Of a stretch of 64,000 bases of DNA, positions 29,557-43,983 are shown one piece after another (position 1 is the first letter of the stretch; the number at the start of each line of letters is the position of its first letter). The DNA comes from the human T2T-CHM13v2.0 reference genome, Homo sapiens: NCBI RefSeq assembly GCF_009914755.1, contig NC_060925.1, one strand, 5' to 3'. Both the position numbers and the translations under genes were made by a program. A model generated the notes under the pieces. It was not told the origin of the DNA and did no database searches. It saw only the letters and a list, made by a program, of their open reading frames with translations.

Positions 29557-30204
29557 AGCATTTTCTTTATTGATCGATTGGTTATGAAAGTAAAGATGTA
29601 TTCTCATCTTCTGTGAGTGATTTGATTTACACTGACCAACAGAGATACCCTTAGGACATCAGTTTATTGTAATGTAGTTGGAAACTTTGAGACTTTCTTC
29701 CAAAATGCAGGATTAGGCAGGCAGAATTTGGATAGGCGGAACTTGTCCAGATGTCTAGAAGAATTTTTGTTCAGGATTTTATCTGTAGTGCATTTAATTA
29801 AAAACAAAATTAGACACTTGACTTAGGGAACTTGAAAAGCAGTAAGTAAAAATCAAAGTACTAAACATATTTGCTTTTAATTTTTACCAACTTCATTCTT
29901 TTTTAAGTAAGATTTTTAAAATATTCTTGAGCAAGTTAAATCCACAAATTCAAATAGGTTGCAGAAACATATGTTCTTGCTTGAGCCATATCATAACACA
30001 CATAGGAAATTAAAATTATCTTCTATGCTATTTCTATAAGCAAAATGTACCCAAAACAGTATACAGTTTTCTTTTTCCTGGATAATGTCTCCTTTGCTGT
30101 AGATGCAAGTCATTTTTACTTTATCACTATGGAACTTAGTTTAAGTTGAGATCTATCTACTTACCCTGTGTCTCCTGACACATGATATATTTTCTTTCTT
30201 ATGG

Positions 30205-30450
30205 GGGTGTAGTTTAACATGGTGATTAATAGCATGGGTCCTGAAGTCAGACTGCTTTAAATCCTAATTCCCATTTACTAGTTATAGCCTTGGGAAAGTT
30301 AATTTCTCTTGGCCTCAGTTTTCTTATCTTTAAAATGGAGAAAATAGAGCTACTCCTAGGATTGCTGTGAGGATTAAATATGGTAATAATGTAAAGCAGA
30401 ACACAGCTTGGCACATAGTACTAGCTCCATGAAGATTAGCTATTCTTATT
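30205..30450 (+). mobile_element. MIR
   Basis: ggcctcagttttcttatctttaaaatggag...ggattgctgtgaggattaaat. Confidence 0.8.
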
Positions 30451-30583
30451 AAGTCAAAATGAATGTTACAGATTGTAGGTATTATGGAAATTATACCAAA
30501 TTAAGCAGCTAGTGTGGGCCAGATTATTTACAGACACTTCAGTATTGTAATTCTTCCTTTGATAACCTTTGGTTTGAATTTCA

Positions 30584-30934
<351 letters not shown>

Positions 30935-30974
30935 TTAGTGTTTAATTATGACATTCTATTGAAAAAATACCATG

Positions 30975-31570
30975 CAAAGCTTCCCAACCAATGTTCCAGT
31001 GCTTAGGATGGCATATAGGTGTGCTGTTTACAAATTTTTTATAGCATTGAAATTTTAAATCATTTTTATAAGTTCAAACTTTTACAACAGTTGAAATTAC
31101 ATTTGAACATCTTTGGTATGATTTCCTCTTGTATAATTCATGAATTTGGTAATTTGGTTATTTACTATTTAAACAATTAGAGATGGGGGTCTCATTATGT
31201 TGCCCAGGCTGGTCTCAAATGCTTGGCCTCATGTGATTCTCCCATCTCAGCCTCCCAAAGTGCTGGGATTACCAGTGTGAGCCACTGTGCCTACCCTACC
31301 ATGAATTTGGTAATTTGAAAAAATTTTATTTGGTATAAATACTAAATTTATACCAATTTAATATTTAATATCATTTGTAATACTTTGTATTTTTTTCATG
31401 CCATAATTTCATAATAAGAAATTTTGTGTGTGCGGGTTTTGTTTTTGTTTTTTTTTGACCCCAGGGCAAGCAAGAAAATTTTTTTTCACCAAGCTCTTTC
31501 AGCTCACCCCAATGAGCCTTACAAATATTTTTAATGTGTGCCATCATGTGACAAAGGTTGGGAAGCACTG
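30975..31570. mobile_element. hAT-Charlie-type DNA transposon relic interrupted by an Alu monomer
   Basis: Terminal inverted repeats caaagcttcccaacc and ggttgggaagcactg (13/15); degenerate 8-bp flanks. Confidence 0.5.
31178..31296 (-). mobile_element. FLAM / Alu left monomer
   Basis: Single reverse Alu arm; 18-bp direct repeat catgaatttggtaatttg at 31139-31156 and 31300-31317. Confidence 0.85.
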
Positions 31571-32437
31571 GTATAATGGATAAGAGCACTGCTTTTGGAT
31601 TCACACAAAACTGAATTTAAGTTCTACCTCCACTTATTAGCTCTGAGACCCAGAGCAAGTAACTTAACCATAAGAATAATAATTTTTACATATGTAAAGC
31701 AGAGATGATGTTTCATAATATGAAATGAGATAATGCATGTAAAATGCTTCACATTAGTGCCTAGCAAATAAAAAATAGTAAGTGGTCACTTCTATTGATG
31801 ATGATGATCGTGAGAATTACCATTTTAGCTACTTTTTTCAGAGGTTTTTCAGACAGCTGTTTTATTATTTTTCATATTAATATACTATTTTCAAAGATCT
31901 TCAAAGAATTTTAATATCCTTTTGTGGTGAAAGGAATTAAATGTTAGTCCTTTTTTTTTACTCATCACTGTACTAATGAAGATACTTAGTTTTGTAAGTT
32001 ATTGAATTATCTGCTCTCTGTATTTCTGTTTCTTGATAGTTTCCTTTAGCAGGTTCTGAGAAAACATAAAAAAAAACTTTGTTCTTTGGGATTTGCTGGT
32101 GGTAGTATGGCAAAAAGCCAGTTGCATGCAGAGAACTGGAATCATCTAATTTACTTAAACTCTATATTATACAGTTAATTATATTTAAATTGCTGCATAT
32201 TATTGGCTGAATATGCTTATTATTGAGAATAAGACTGCCCTTTGGTAAACATGCCATTACATTATATCCTCCTATGGGATTATACCCTTTATTATGTTTG
32301 CCATTTGCTTGGGATAAGGTTCATGGCCAGTTACATTTCATGTGAGGATGCATCTGTGTTTCGGGGAAAAAAAGCTTTGTGTTTTATAAGCATGTATCAT
32401 TCTTTGTGTCTTTTATTTAAATGCATTAGTCACTTTT

Positions 32438-33577
32438 TTAACATTTCAATAGGTTTTTGGGGAACAGGTTATGTTTGGTTACGTGAATAAGTTTAGTGGC
32501 AATTTCTGAGATTTTGGTGCACCCATCACCTGAGCAGTCTACACTGTACCCAATGTATAGTCCTTTATCCCTCACCACCTTCCCACCCTTTCCCCCGAGT
32601 CCCCAAAGTCCGTTGTATCATTCTTAGGCCTTTGCATCCTCATAGCTTAGCATCCACTTACAAGTGAGAACGTACGATGTTTGGTTTTCCATTCCTGAGT
32701 TACTTCACTTAGAGTAATCGTCTCCAGTTCCATCCAGGTTGCTGCAGATGCCATTATTTCATTCCTTTTTATGGCTGAGTAGTGTTCCATGGGTGTAGAG
32801 GGGTGTGTGTGTGTGTGTGTGTATATCACATTTTCTTTATCCACTCGTTGATTGATGGGCATTTGGGCTGGTTCCATATTTTTGCCATTGTGAATTGTGC
32901 TGCTATAAACATGCGTATGCAAGTATCTTTTTTGTATAATGGCTTCTTTCCTCAGGGTAGATACTCAGGAGTGAGATTGGTGCATCAAATGGTAGATATA
33001 CTTTTAGTTCTTTAAGGAACCTACACACTGTTTCCCATAGTGGTTGTACTAGTTTACATTCCCACCAACAGCGTGAAGGTGTTCCCTTTTCATCACATCC
33101 ACACCAACATCTATTTTTTTTTTATTATGGCCATTATTGCAGGAGTAAGGTGGTATCACATTGTAGTTTTGATTTGTAGTTCCTGATAATTAGTGATGTT
33201 GAGCATGTTTTCGTAAGTTTGCTGGCCATTTGTATATCTTGTGAGAATTGTCTATTCAAGTCCTTAGCCCACTTTTTGATGGGATTGTTTTTTTCGTGCT
33301 GATTTGATTTCCTTGTAGATTCTGGATATTAGTCCTTTGTCAGATGTATAGATTGTGAAGATTTTCTCCCACTCTGGGTTGTCTGTACTCTGCTGATTTC
33401 TTTTGTTGCTCAGAAGCTTTTTAGTTTAGTTGAGTCCCATTTATTTATTTTTATTTTTGTCTTTGCATTTGCTTTTGGGTTCTTGGTTGTGAAGTCTTTG
33501 CCTAAGCCAATGGCTAGAAGGGTTTTTCCAATGTTATCTTCTAGAATTTTTATGGTTTTGGGTCTTAGATTTAAGTC
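32438..33577 (-). mobile_element. L1PB-like LINE-1, 3' segment (ORF2 end and 3'UTR)
   Basis: Reverse-strand L1 3' end (ggtttttggggaacagg...ggtgcacccatcacc); ORF 32647..32922 gives ORF2 C-terminus-like peptide MEHYSAIKRNEIM..TWMELETITLSEVTQE. Confidence 0.9.
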
Positions 33578-34208
33578 AGTAGCCCTATACACCAACAGCA
33601 ACCAAGCTGAGAATCAAATCAAGAACTCAACCTTTTACAGTAGCTGCAAACAAAAAACAAACAAACAAACAATACTTAGGAATATACTTGACCAAGAAGG
33701 TGAAACACCTCTACAAGGAAAACTACAAAACACGGCTGACAGAAATCATAGATGATACAAACAAATGGAAACACGTCCCATGCTCATGGATGGGTAGAAT
33801 CAATATTGTGAAAATGACCATACTGCCAAAAGCAAATCTACAAATTCAATGCAATTCCCATTAAAGTACCACCATCATTCTTCACAGAACTAGAAAAAAC
33901 AATCCTAAAATTCATGTGGACCCAAAAAAGAGCCCGTATAGCCAAAGCAAGACTAAGCAAAAAGAACAAACCTAGAGGCATTAGATTACCTGACTTCGAA
34001 CTATACTGTAAGGCCATAATCACCAAAACATCATGGTACTGGTGTAAAAACAGGCATATAGACTAATGGAACAGAATAGAGAGCCCAGAAATAAAGCCAA
34101 ATAACTTCCAGTCAACTAATCTTCGACAAAGAAACAAAAATGTGAAGTGGCGAAAGGACACCCTGTTCCACAAATGGTGCTGGGATAATTGACAAGCCAC
34201 ATGTAGAA
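33578..34208 (+). mobile_element. Inverted 5' segment of the same L1 (ORF2 region)
   Basis: Sense ORF2 sequence ([14 protein letters not shown]; ccatgctcatggatgggtagaatcaatattgtgaaaatg); shares a TSD with the minus segment. Confidence 0.88.
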
Positions 34209-34672
34209 GCATTAATCACTTTTGCAGTCTGAAAATACGGCCCTTTTCAGGAATTAAAATAATGTAATTTTCCCTGACTACGCTATTCCTGTAGTACACT
34301 GATGGCCATAGAGTAGGGTGCTTAATACTAGATTTCACAGGGCATGTAAGGTTCTAATAAGCGCTGCTACTACGTTTCTTTAAAAAATAATTTTTAGCAT
34401 ACTAAACTTATATGCATTATTACAAAAAAGTCTTTTAGTTTTTAGGCAGTTGTCTCTAATAAAATTGATTCGTAGTCTAGAGATCTTTTAGAGATGGTTA
34501 GTAAAACCTGAAGCACTATGCTGTTCCTCCCCCGTGGTGCTGAGCTTCTGCATCCTCTAGCTTGGGAAGGAAAAGGGAGTTGTTAGGCCTCTGCAGATAC
34601 TTCCTTTTTTCCTATCCTGTCTCTCTTCCTTCCCTGGTTTCTTCTACAGCATACTTTCTCCTGGGGAAAGGA

Positions 34673-34680
34673 GTGCGTGC

Positions 34681-34719
<39 letters not shown>

Positions 34720-34726
34720 TGTGTGT
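34673..34726. repeat. (GT)n microsatellite with (GTGC)n start
   Basis: Read directly. Confidence 0.95.
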
Positions 34727-34758
34727 TTCATCAGGTCCTTCCATTAACTTCCATTCTT

Positions 34759-35054
34759 TTTCTTTTTTTTTTTTGTTGAGTCTTACTCTGTCGCCCAGGC
34801 TGGAGTGCAGTGGTGCAATCTCAATGCAACCTCTGCAACATCACTGCAACCTCTGCCTCCCAGGCTCAAACGATCCTCCCATCTCGGCCTCCTGAGTAGC
34901 TTGGACTACAGGCTAATGCCACCACCGTTGGCTAATTTTTTGTAGAGATGGGGTTTTGCCATATTGCCCAGGCTGGCCTTGAACTTCTGGGTTCAATGAT
35001 TTGCCCACCTCAGCCTCCCAAAATGTTGAGATTATAGACTGAGATTATAGCCTC
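34759..35054 (-). mobile_element. AluJ, rearranged
   Basis: Reverse Alu with local duplications; TSD taacttccattctt at 34745-34758 and 35055-35068. Confidence 0.88.
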
Positions 35055-35659
35055 TAACTTCCATTCTTAAAAGTCGCTCATCTGTAACCAGGAAAAAACA
35101 ATATAGAGAGACAGATGGCAGGAAAATCAGTAGCTGTGCAAAAATGGAATGTTCAAAACGCGGAAGAAAAAACTGAAACATTGTGAAGAGTCTTTTGGTT
35201 CCTTTTTTAGAGGACAATTTTTTACTTGGAATTTTTGAAAAATCTGTTTTCTCTACTTGAGATGGCTTCTCTTTCTGCTTTTCCCCCAGTGTATTAATGA
35301 ACTATATCCTGCTACTTACCTCAAGTCAGTTTATCCAGTATAGAACTTGCCTTCACTCCTCACCCCCAAATCCACCTGTTGGGAACTTTTCTGTTTCAGT
35401 ACCAGCATTCTCAACTTCATCTAGGCTGAAAACTGCAGTTGTTTTTAACTCCTCTGTTACTCTCATCTCTTACAACCAGTCAGTTGCGAAGTCCTATGAC
35501 TCAGTCATTACTAGATTCCAGATTTTTGGACTTTAAGGACCAGAAAAATTTTTAAAAACTTGTTTTTGGTAGACTGACCTAGGATTTTAATATTTTATTT
35601 TTCTTAGTAAATACATTTTAAAAATCTCAGACTACTGTCTGTTATGATTACTATTTAGT

Positions 35660-35951
35660 TCTCTTTCCTCCCGAGACAGTCTCACTCTGTTGCCCAGACT
35701 GGAGTGTAGTGGCATGATCTTGGATCACTGCAACCTCTGCCTCCCAGGTTCGAGCAATTCTCATGCCTCAGCCTTCTGCGTAGCTGAGAGTACAGGTGTG
35801 CACCACCGTGCCCAGCTATTTTTTGTATTTTTAGTAGAGACGGGGTTTCACCATGTTGGCCAGGCTGGTCTCAAACTTCTGGCCTAAAGTGATCTACCCG
35901 CCTCGACCTCCCAAAGGCTGGGATTACAGGTGTGAGTCACCATGCCTCGCC
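35660..35951 (-). mobile_element. AluS
   Basis: Reverse Alu with degraded tail. Confidence 0.9.
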
Positions 35952-36763
35952 ATTGGTGAAACTGTTTTGATGTTCTGAATTGGATATGATATGATCCTCT
36001 ATTTTTGAAACCTCATAGTACTTTTTATGCCACTTATAGTCTGCCTTATATATGGTTATTTATATACTTACCTGGTCCTAACCATATGGTCTTTTAGGGC
36101 AGGAGGACTAAGTATTTCTCATCTTTTTGTCTGTTGCAGGACTTAATAGAATGCTAAAGTGTTTTTGCCCATAAGGAATAGGAACACCACTCATACAAGT
36201 CACAAGTAAAAGAGAGGTATATTGAAAGGACAAAGTAGGCAACTTCATAGGTGTTAGACATTCAAGAATAGGTAAGAAATGAAATACAGGTAGGTTGTAT
36301 GTACATGGACTGTGATACCCAACCCCCACCCTCTCCCCTATTTCTCCTAGAGCAGAATGGCCTCCCCCGAGTCTTCAACTTTTGTTTACTCTGACATCTT
36401 CTGTGGCTCACGCACCGCCTGACCCGGTAGTTCAAGTGCTTCATGTTATCTGATGCAGGCTCCCAGGATCCCATTCCCGGTTCCTGGTAAAGAGTATCAG
36501 ATTGGCCCAGCCTTGTCATCTGCCAACCACAATCCAGTCATGTATGGTTGGGTATAGCAGAGTTGATGGGGTATCATGAGTTTTATAAGGTGACCCTTTC
36601 AAGGACTGGAGTAGGTCAAATTCTCTATTAAATGCATGGCCAGAGAGTTAATGTTTAATAAAGAGATGACAGTGCCTGACACCTAGTAGGCACTCACTAA
36701 ATATAAGTTGAACATAATGGAATGACATGGGAGTATTGAGGAACTAAACATATCACTGCTTTA

Positions 36764-37222
<459 letters not shown>

Positions 37223-37613
37223 TCAGAATAGTTAATGTAACCTGAATTTAATTACCTTTGATTTTAATTTAGGAATGAATTTTTTAAAATGCATATAACC
37301 AGCTCAGGGTCTGTGCTTCATCATCACCCTGGCTTTTTTTTTGTGCTAATTTTTCCTCTTACTACTTTTATGAGTACCAGAAAATTATCCAAAGCTAAGA
37401 GAAGAAATAAAACACTGTTTTTGCTCCTTATTAATAATTTGCTTCTAAGTTTTTGTTAGAGAGTAGGTAAAAACGTTTGGCAAAGTAGATTGCTCATAGA
37501 GTTTAGCTATCCATGCTTTGTTTTTACCTTTAGTTTAGTTTTATGGCAGGGGAATAGGACTTGTTGAAGGGAGTGGGAAAGAAGGGATGCAGGTCTTCAT
37601 AATAAGGAATGTC

Positions 37614-38053
<440 letters not shown>

Positions 38054-39199
38054 TCACATCAGAAATAGGAGATACCATGCAATTAATACAGGGCAAAGAG
38101 AATGAAAACTGAGAGATTAGTCCTTATCACTGAGCTTCATTTTCCTTTCTTTTTACCACTGAGGGATTTAAATTGAACCTCAGGGGTCCTTTGTCTGTGA
38201 ACTTAATATTATTAGCCAGATGGAATATTTTAGCAAGTTATAAAGGTAACTATTTTTGTGTTATGTCTCTTATTCTTGAGTTTGATTGAAGTTAGCTTAA
38301 CATCATAAAGCTGGTTAGAAAGATAGTTAAAAACTGAAGTTAAAAACCTGAAAAACATAAATTCATGAAGTACCCCTAATGTACATGTTCAAAAGAAAAT
38401 ACAAAGAAATCACTCAGTATTTGACTTCCCCTCCAATTTTAATTGTCTTTTGGTATAATTCTTTTTTGGTGTTTAGCAAGTTAAAGTTATCTTTAAGCAT
38501 TTATCTTGTCCAGGTGATCCTGTTACCGGCTTAGTAATCAGCTGTATCATTTCTGTAATTCAAGCTGTTTGAACTGAATAACATAGTGTTAGGATCACTG
38601 TTTAATTGTTCTAGTTTTGATAGATACAATGCTTTATGTAAGTGAAATATCCGATTTTTCATGACTTTCTGTTAAGTTGTGACAAATTCATGTATCTGAT
38701 GTGAACTAAGCAAAGAAGAAAGATACCTAAAAGACTAAATTTGTTTGACTTATACCTGAATAGTGGTCTAGTGATGTTAGAAACAAGTTTCAGGAAGAGC
38801 TAGTCTTCAGATCTGAACTTCCTTTGATTTCCAAGTTAGACTTAGATACCTAAAAGTTTAAGAAAGATTGTTAAGGATTAGCTGAGATGTTACTGTGTTT
38901 GTTGATCCATTACTAATTGCTGTTAGGGCTTCTTTTTGTTGCCAAGTCATGTTTTCAGATGGATAAATGTTTTTAATGTTAATACAAAACATCTGTTTCT
39001 TGAATAATGTTAGTATTTTATATCTCAAAGAATTCTTATTGCTTACCTTGGAAGTAGATAGTATTCTAAGTCATAATAATGATAATTATTATTTTGCTGC
39101 TCAGTATAATAATCTGAATTTTTTCTAGCTGTAGTAGCTGTTGAGTCAGGCTTGCCTTGCCGTGATCAAAACATGCACTCTATATATTTTAATTGTACT

Positions 39200-39566
39200 G
39201 GCTGGGCAAAGTCCTGTAATCCCAGGACTTTGGGAAGTTGAGGCCGGAGGACTAGCCTGGGCAAGATGGCAAGACCTTGTCTCTACAAAAAATTTGACAG
39301 AGTGAGATCCTGTCTCTTAAAAAAAATCATTTGAGAAACAGCAAAAGTACTCTGTATTCAGTGCTCTTGTGATCCTCCTGTGTCAGCCTCCTGAGTGGCT
39401 GGGACTACAGGCATGCACCACTATGCTAGGCTAATTTAAATTTTTGGTAGACATGAGGTCTCTCTACAGTGCCCAGGGTAGTCTTTAACTCCTGGGCTCA
39501 AGTGATCCTCTCAACTCAGCCTCCCAAAGTGTTGGGATTACAGGTGTGAGCCACTGCATCTGACCT
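39200..39566. mobile_element. Multiply deleted + AluJ (39200-39327) next to truncated - AluJ (39368-39566)
   Basis: Alu fragments in opposite orientation about 40 nt apart. Confidence 0.8.
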
Positions 39567-39994
39567 GATTCACTGCTCTTAAAGAGCTGATGTGAAAGTG
39601 AGTTTTGCCTAGGATCTTGTAAGTTATTGAAGGGTTGTTTCAAAGTGACATATCTTTAACAGAACATTTTCTCCTGTATTTCTTGAAGTTAGAACTTGGG
39701 AATCATTAACTTCAAAACAGGGCTTCGTTTGATATAATGATAAAACTATGACCATGACTTATGTAGGTAATGTAGTCCTGAGGTATGTGTTAGGATAGTG
39801 CAGTCTTAATTTTGGTTCATTCCAGGGTATTGAAAATAATTTGCTTCTTTTCTTCTTCTGCTTCTAAGAAGAAAAGCATATTTCTTACTCTATTTTTGTT
39901 ATTATGTTTGTAATTAAAATCCACATTCATGTCCCCAGCAAAAGTTGAAGTAGTTCTTTCAACTTTTTCTAGACTACTCAATGTTTAAAAACTA

Positions 39995-40245
39995 AGGTTT
40001 TAATTTTGGGAAAATTTTAGATTTACAGAAAAGTTGCAGATAGTACAGAGTCCCTATATACTTTACACCTGTTTTTCCTTAATGTTGATATCTTACATAG
40101 CTATGGTACCTTTGTAAAACACTCAGGGATTAATATTGGTGCCTTAATGTTAACTAAACTTCACATTTTATTTAGATTTCAGCAGTTTTCCCACTAATTT
40201 TCTGCTCCAGGATCCAATCCAGGATACACCATTGCATTTAGTCAA
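39995..40245 (-). mobile_element. L1MC/ME-type 3' fragment
   Basis: aattttagatttacagaaaagttgcag...ccaggatacaccattgcatttagtc. Confidence 0.65.
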
Positions 40246-40869
40246 GGCTACTTTTTATTAAGCTTTTTGGTTTTCATTGTTGCACTGTTCAGTGGGAGGC
40301 TCATTTATTAACTTAGTTTCTAGCCTGGAGATAGAAATGAGAAATATACAGAATTCTTAAGCAGTTCAAGTAGGGAAGATATGCAAGTAAACTATGGTAA
40401 TAAAATGTGATTACAGAAGGAATAGCCAATTTTGTAAGGAGGAAGAGAGAGAGAGACATATACGTTAGGGAAGCCCTCCCAGAGGAGGTGACATTTGAAA
40501 TGGGCTTTGAAAATTAAATAGCAACTTTTTTTTTTAAGTTTCTTCCTTTTAGAATATTTTACTAAGCGAGAAGCTGGGATGAAAGTTAGATAGGAACTCT
40601 TAAGGCAGAGGCTGGAGAGAAGCATATCCAGACAAAGGGAATAGTAAGCACAAAGACTCAGAACATGAGTGAGCAAATAGATTTGATTGAAATGAAGGGT
40701 TGGTACAGGAAGAGTGTAGAAGGTGAGCCTGAAAAGGTATGCAGAGGATTTGGAGAGTGTTTATGTGAAGTTTTTTGGTAGCTGTATTTTAAGCTGTATT
40801 ATGTATGTATGTGTATATATGAATATATGTGTGTATATATACATACACAAGATATGTATGCACACGTAT

Positions 40870-41142
40870 GGAGTAGGTTCTGCATCTGGATTTAACCAAT
40901 GGCAGATCAAAAATACTGGGAAAAATTAAATGACAAAAATAATACAAAAAAAGTATAACTATTTACATAGCATTTACATTTTATTAGGTATTATAAGTAA
41001 TCTAGAGAGGATTTAAACTGTACAGCAGAATGTGTGTAGGTTATATGAAAATACTACACCATTTTATGTAAGGGACTTGAGCATTGGTGGATTTTGGTAT
41101 CCTAGGGGGGGTCCTGGAACCAGTCCCCTGCGGATACCAAGG
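40870..41142 (-). mobile_element. MER2 (TcMar-Tigger MITE)
   Basis: Reverse of MER2 5' end (gggtcctggaaccagtcccctgcggataccaagg; aagggacttgagcat; tattataagtaatctagag). Confidence 0.8.
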
Positions 41143-41832
41143 TATGTGTGTGTGTATAAAATTTAGGGGAACTCATCCAGAGACTGCATTGTTCTCCTTC
41201 TTATTACCTGCCTTTTTGTTTTTTTTGCCATTCCACCACTAATTCATGCTGTAACAAAAGGTTAAGTAGAAGTAAATACATATGTGAAATCCATACTGTT
41301 TTGGGTTTTGGCTGAACAGCTTTGGTGAGCATTTATTATAGTAAAGGAAATTGAAATTGTAGGCATCCTTATCTGGCAACTCAGTTTGTAGTGTTTGCTG
41401 TTGGTGAATTTTAAAAGTGTAGTTTGATTTACATTGGATTAAATACACCTGTAGAAACGTGCCCTATGCTGCTATCGATGTTAGAGGGCCCTAGGTAGGG
41501 AGGAATATGATTTCAACATTTTAAATCCCAAAATTTTACAATTTTGGGATATAGGTGCTTTGATAAATGATTTAGCATTGCAATTAACTTTGGAGGACAT
41601 CTGCAGTATAATGAATCATTATTTTTATGGGTTAAAATGAAATATTTGGATTATTTGTGGGTTACAGTTGCTTGTGTCAGTTCTGTTCCCTTTTACTCTA
41701 AATAAATATAGTTTTCAGTCATGTCATATATAAATACTACGTAATTTAATGTTAGCATCAAAATGGCTTTTTGCTGCCCTGCTTTCAAATAAGGAGAAGG
41801 AAACTTACCAAAGTCCAAAATTAGAACACTGA

Positions 41833-42126
41833 GACTGGGCACAGTGGCTCATGCCTGTAATCTCAGCACCTTGGGATCACTTGAGCTCAGGAGTTCGAGA
41901 CTAGCCTGGGCAACGTGGTGAAACTCCGTCTCTACTAAAAATATAAAAATTAGCCGGTGTGGTGATGTGCACCTGTGGTCCCAGTTACTCCAGAGGCTGA
42001 GGGGGAAGGATCGCTTGAGCCCTGGGGCGGGGCAGAGGTTGCAGTGAGCTGAGATCATGCCACTGCACTCCAGCCTGGGTGACAGAGCAAGACACTGTCT
42101 CAGAAGACAAACAAACAAACAAAAAA
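41833..42126 (+). mobile_element. Alu (J-like) with left-arm deletion
   Basis: Alu consensus with (CAAA)n tail. Confidence 0.9.
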
Positions 42127-43698
42127 CGTTGAGGCAGCCAGAGGATGATCCCTGTCCTTGCTCACAAATGACTGCTCCCTTAAGCAATCAAAGGCAAGGA
42201 AGGAACTCTACGTACTTCTCCCCCTTTAAATGATAACATTTTGAGGAGAGCTGCTTAGCTGAGTGAGCTGCCTTTTTTTTAAAAAAAACTCAAGCCAACC
42301 CTTCCTTAGATGATTTATGAATGTAAAATGCTTGTTAACTTTCTGCTTTATGGTTTATGATGCTTGTAAAATGATAGGATTATTGTCCATGTATGTAATT
42401 GGTGAAGGATATGAAACTCAGAACAAACCATATAGTGCCATGTAAGTTATGGACATATTTTAGTTGTTAGGGCTTTTAAAAAACATCTCCCCCTCTGTCA
42501 TTACATGTTTTACCCTCTGGAAATGTTTAATGAAACAGTAACTGATATTGGGAGGGACACACAGGTTGCTTCAAAGATAAATGGTAATGTTTAATTTTTT
42601 ATGCTGGACAATAGGTACACAGATTTTTTGTTACACATATGCTATAAGTATTCCCTTTTATGTATCCAATATTTATTTAATAAAAAACAACCTAAAGTTT
42701 TAAAGGCAAAAAAGGTAATTCTCATGTCCTTAAAGCCTATTCCATTCAGTTTTTGTGTGTTTTTTTTTTTTTTTGGTGGCAAGGAAAAGAAAACTCATTC
42801 AAACTAGGACCAAAAGTTGGTGGGTTGATAGGTTATTGTTAGAATATAGAAAGGTGTTTGTGGGAATACAGGAAGAGCTGGAGAATCAGGCCGCAAGAAC
42901 TGATGCAGCTCTGAGACTGGCCAGACTGTTTTCTCTTTTTTGTCTGTTTCTGCCTCTTGCTGGCTTCACTATTTCTGCCTTTATTTTATTTATTTATTTT
43001 TTTTGCTTTCTTACCTTTGCTTGTTCCCGTCTCTTTCTCTGTTTCCTTGGTCCCATCCGTTTGTTTTTTTTTGTTTTTTAAACTGGGTCAACAACCTTTG
43101 TTGTAAAACAAAGGTGCCCTTCCCCCATTCATTCTGTTTTCTCACTTACTTGATGTCTCTTTTTTTGTGAGCTCTCTCCTTTAAGTCACTGCATATTTTT
43201 CTGTTCTCTTCTCTCCAGACCAACCTTCCTCTGAATCTTTTCCTTTGTGACCTTGTTGTGCATGAAGCTCTATAATGGTAGCCTAGGTTTTTTTCCACAT
43301 GTATCTCCTAGTGCAGATTCCTCAGATAATCCAGTTGGTCCTGCTCATCTTTTAGAGCTAGGTCACATAGGCCACCAACAGCCTGTGACTAGGTGACTCC
43401 TGTGTTAGGTATTTACCCTCGATTCGGTCACAGGAAAGGTTGTGGCCTAGATCGTGTGGGCCATTTCCCACTGAGGTAGCGAAGTAGGGATTTTTATAGA
43501 AGAGATTATGGGCAGGCAGATGTTCTGAAATTCTAATATGTCAATTAAGTTTTATCAGAATTTTCTTATGTGCCCTTTAAGCCTTTTTGGTAATCGGTAT
43601 GTGATTGCTTCCTAGAAGAATCTTTTTCAAAGAAAAACCATTAGCTCTCTTCCAGTTACAACTCACTGCCTTCTTTTATCCTTAAGATATTCATTCAT

Positions 43699-43983
43699 AG
43701 CCAGGCGCGGTGGCTCACGCTTGTAATCCTAGCACTTTGGGAGGCCGAGGCTGGTGGATCATGAGGTCAAGAGTTCAAGACCAGCCTGGCCAAGATGGTG
43801 AAACCCCGTCTCTACTAAAACTACAAAAAAAATCGACCTGGCGTGGTGGCAGGCACCTGTAATCCCAGCTACTTGGGAGGCTGAGACAGAGAATCACTTG
43901 AACCCGGGCAGCAGAAGTTGCAGTGAGCTGAGATTGTGCCACTGGGTGACAGAGTGAGACTCCGTCTCAAAAAAAAAAAAAAA
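43699..43983 (+). mobile_element. AluS
   Basis: Alu with near-perfect TSD aagat(a)attcattcata. Confidence 0.93.
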
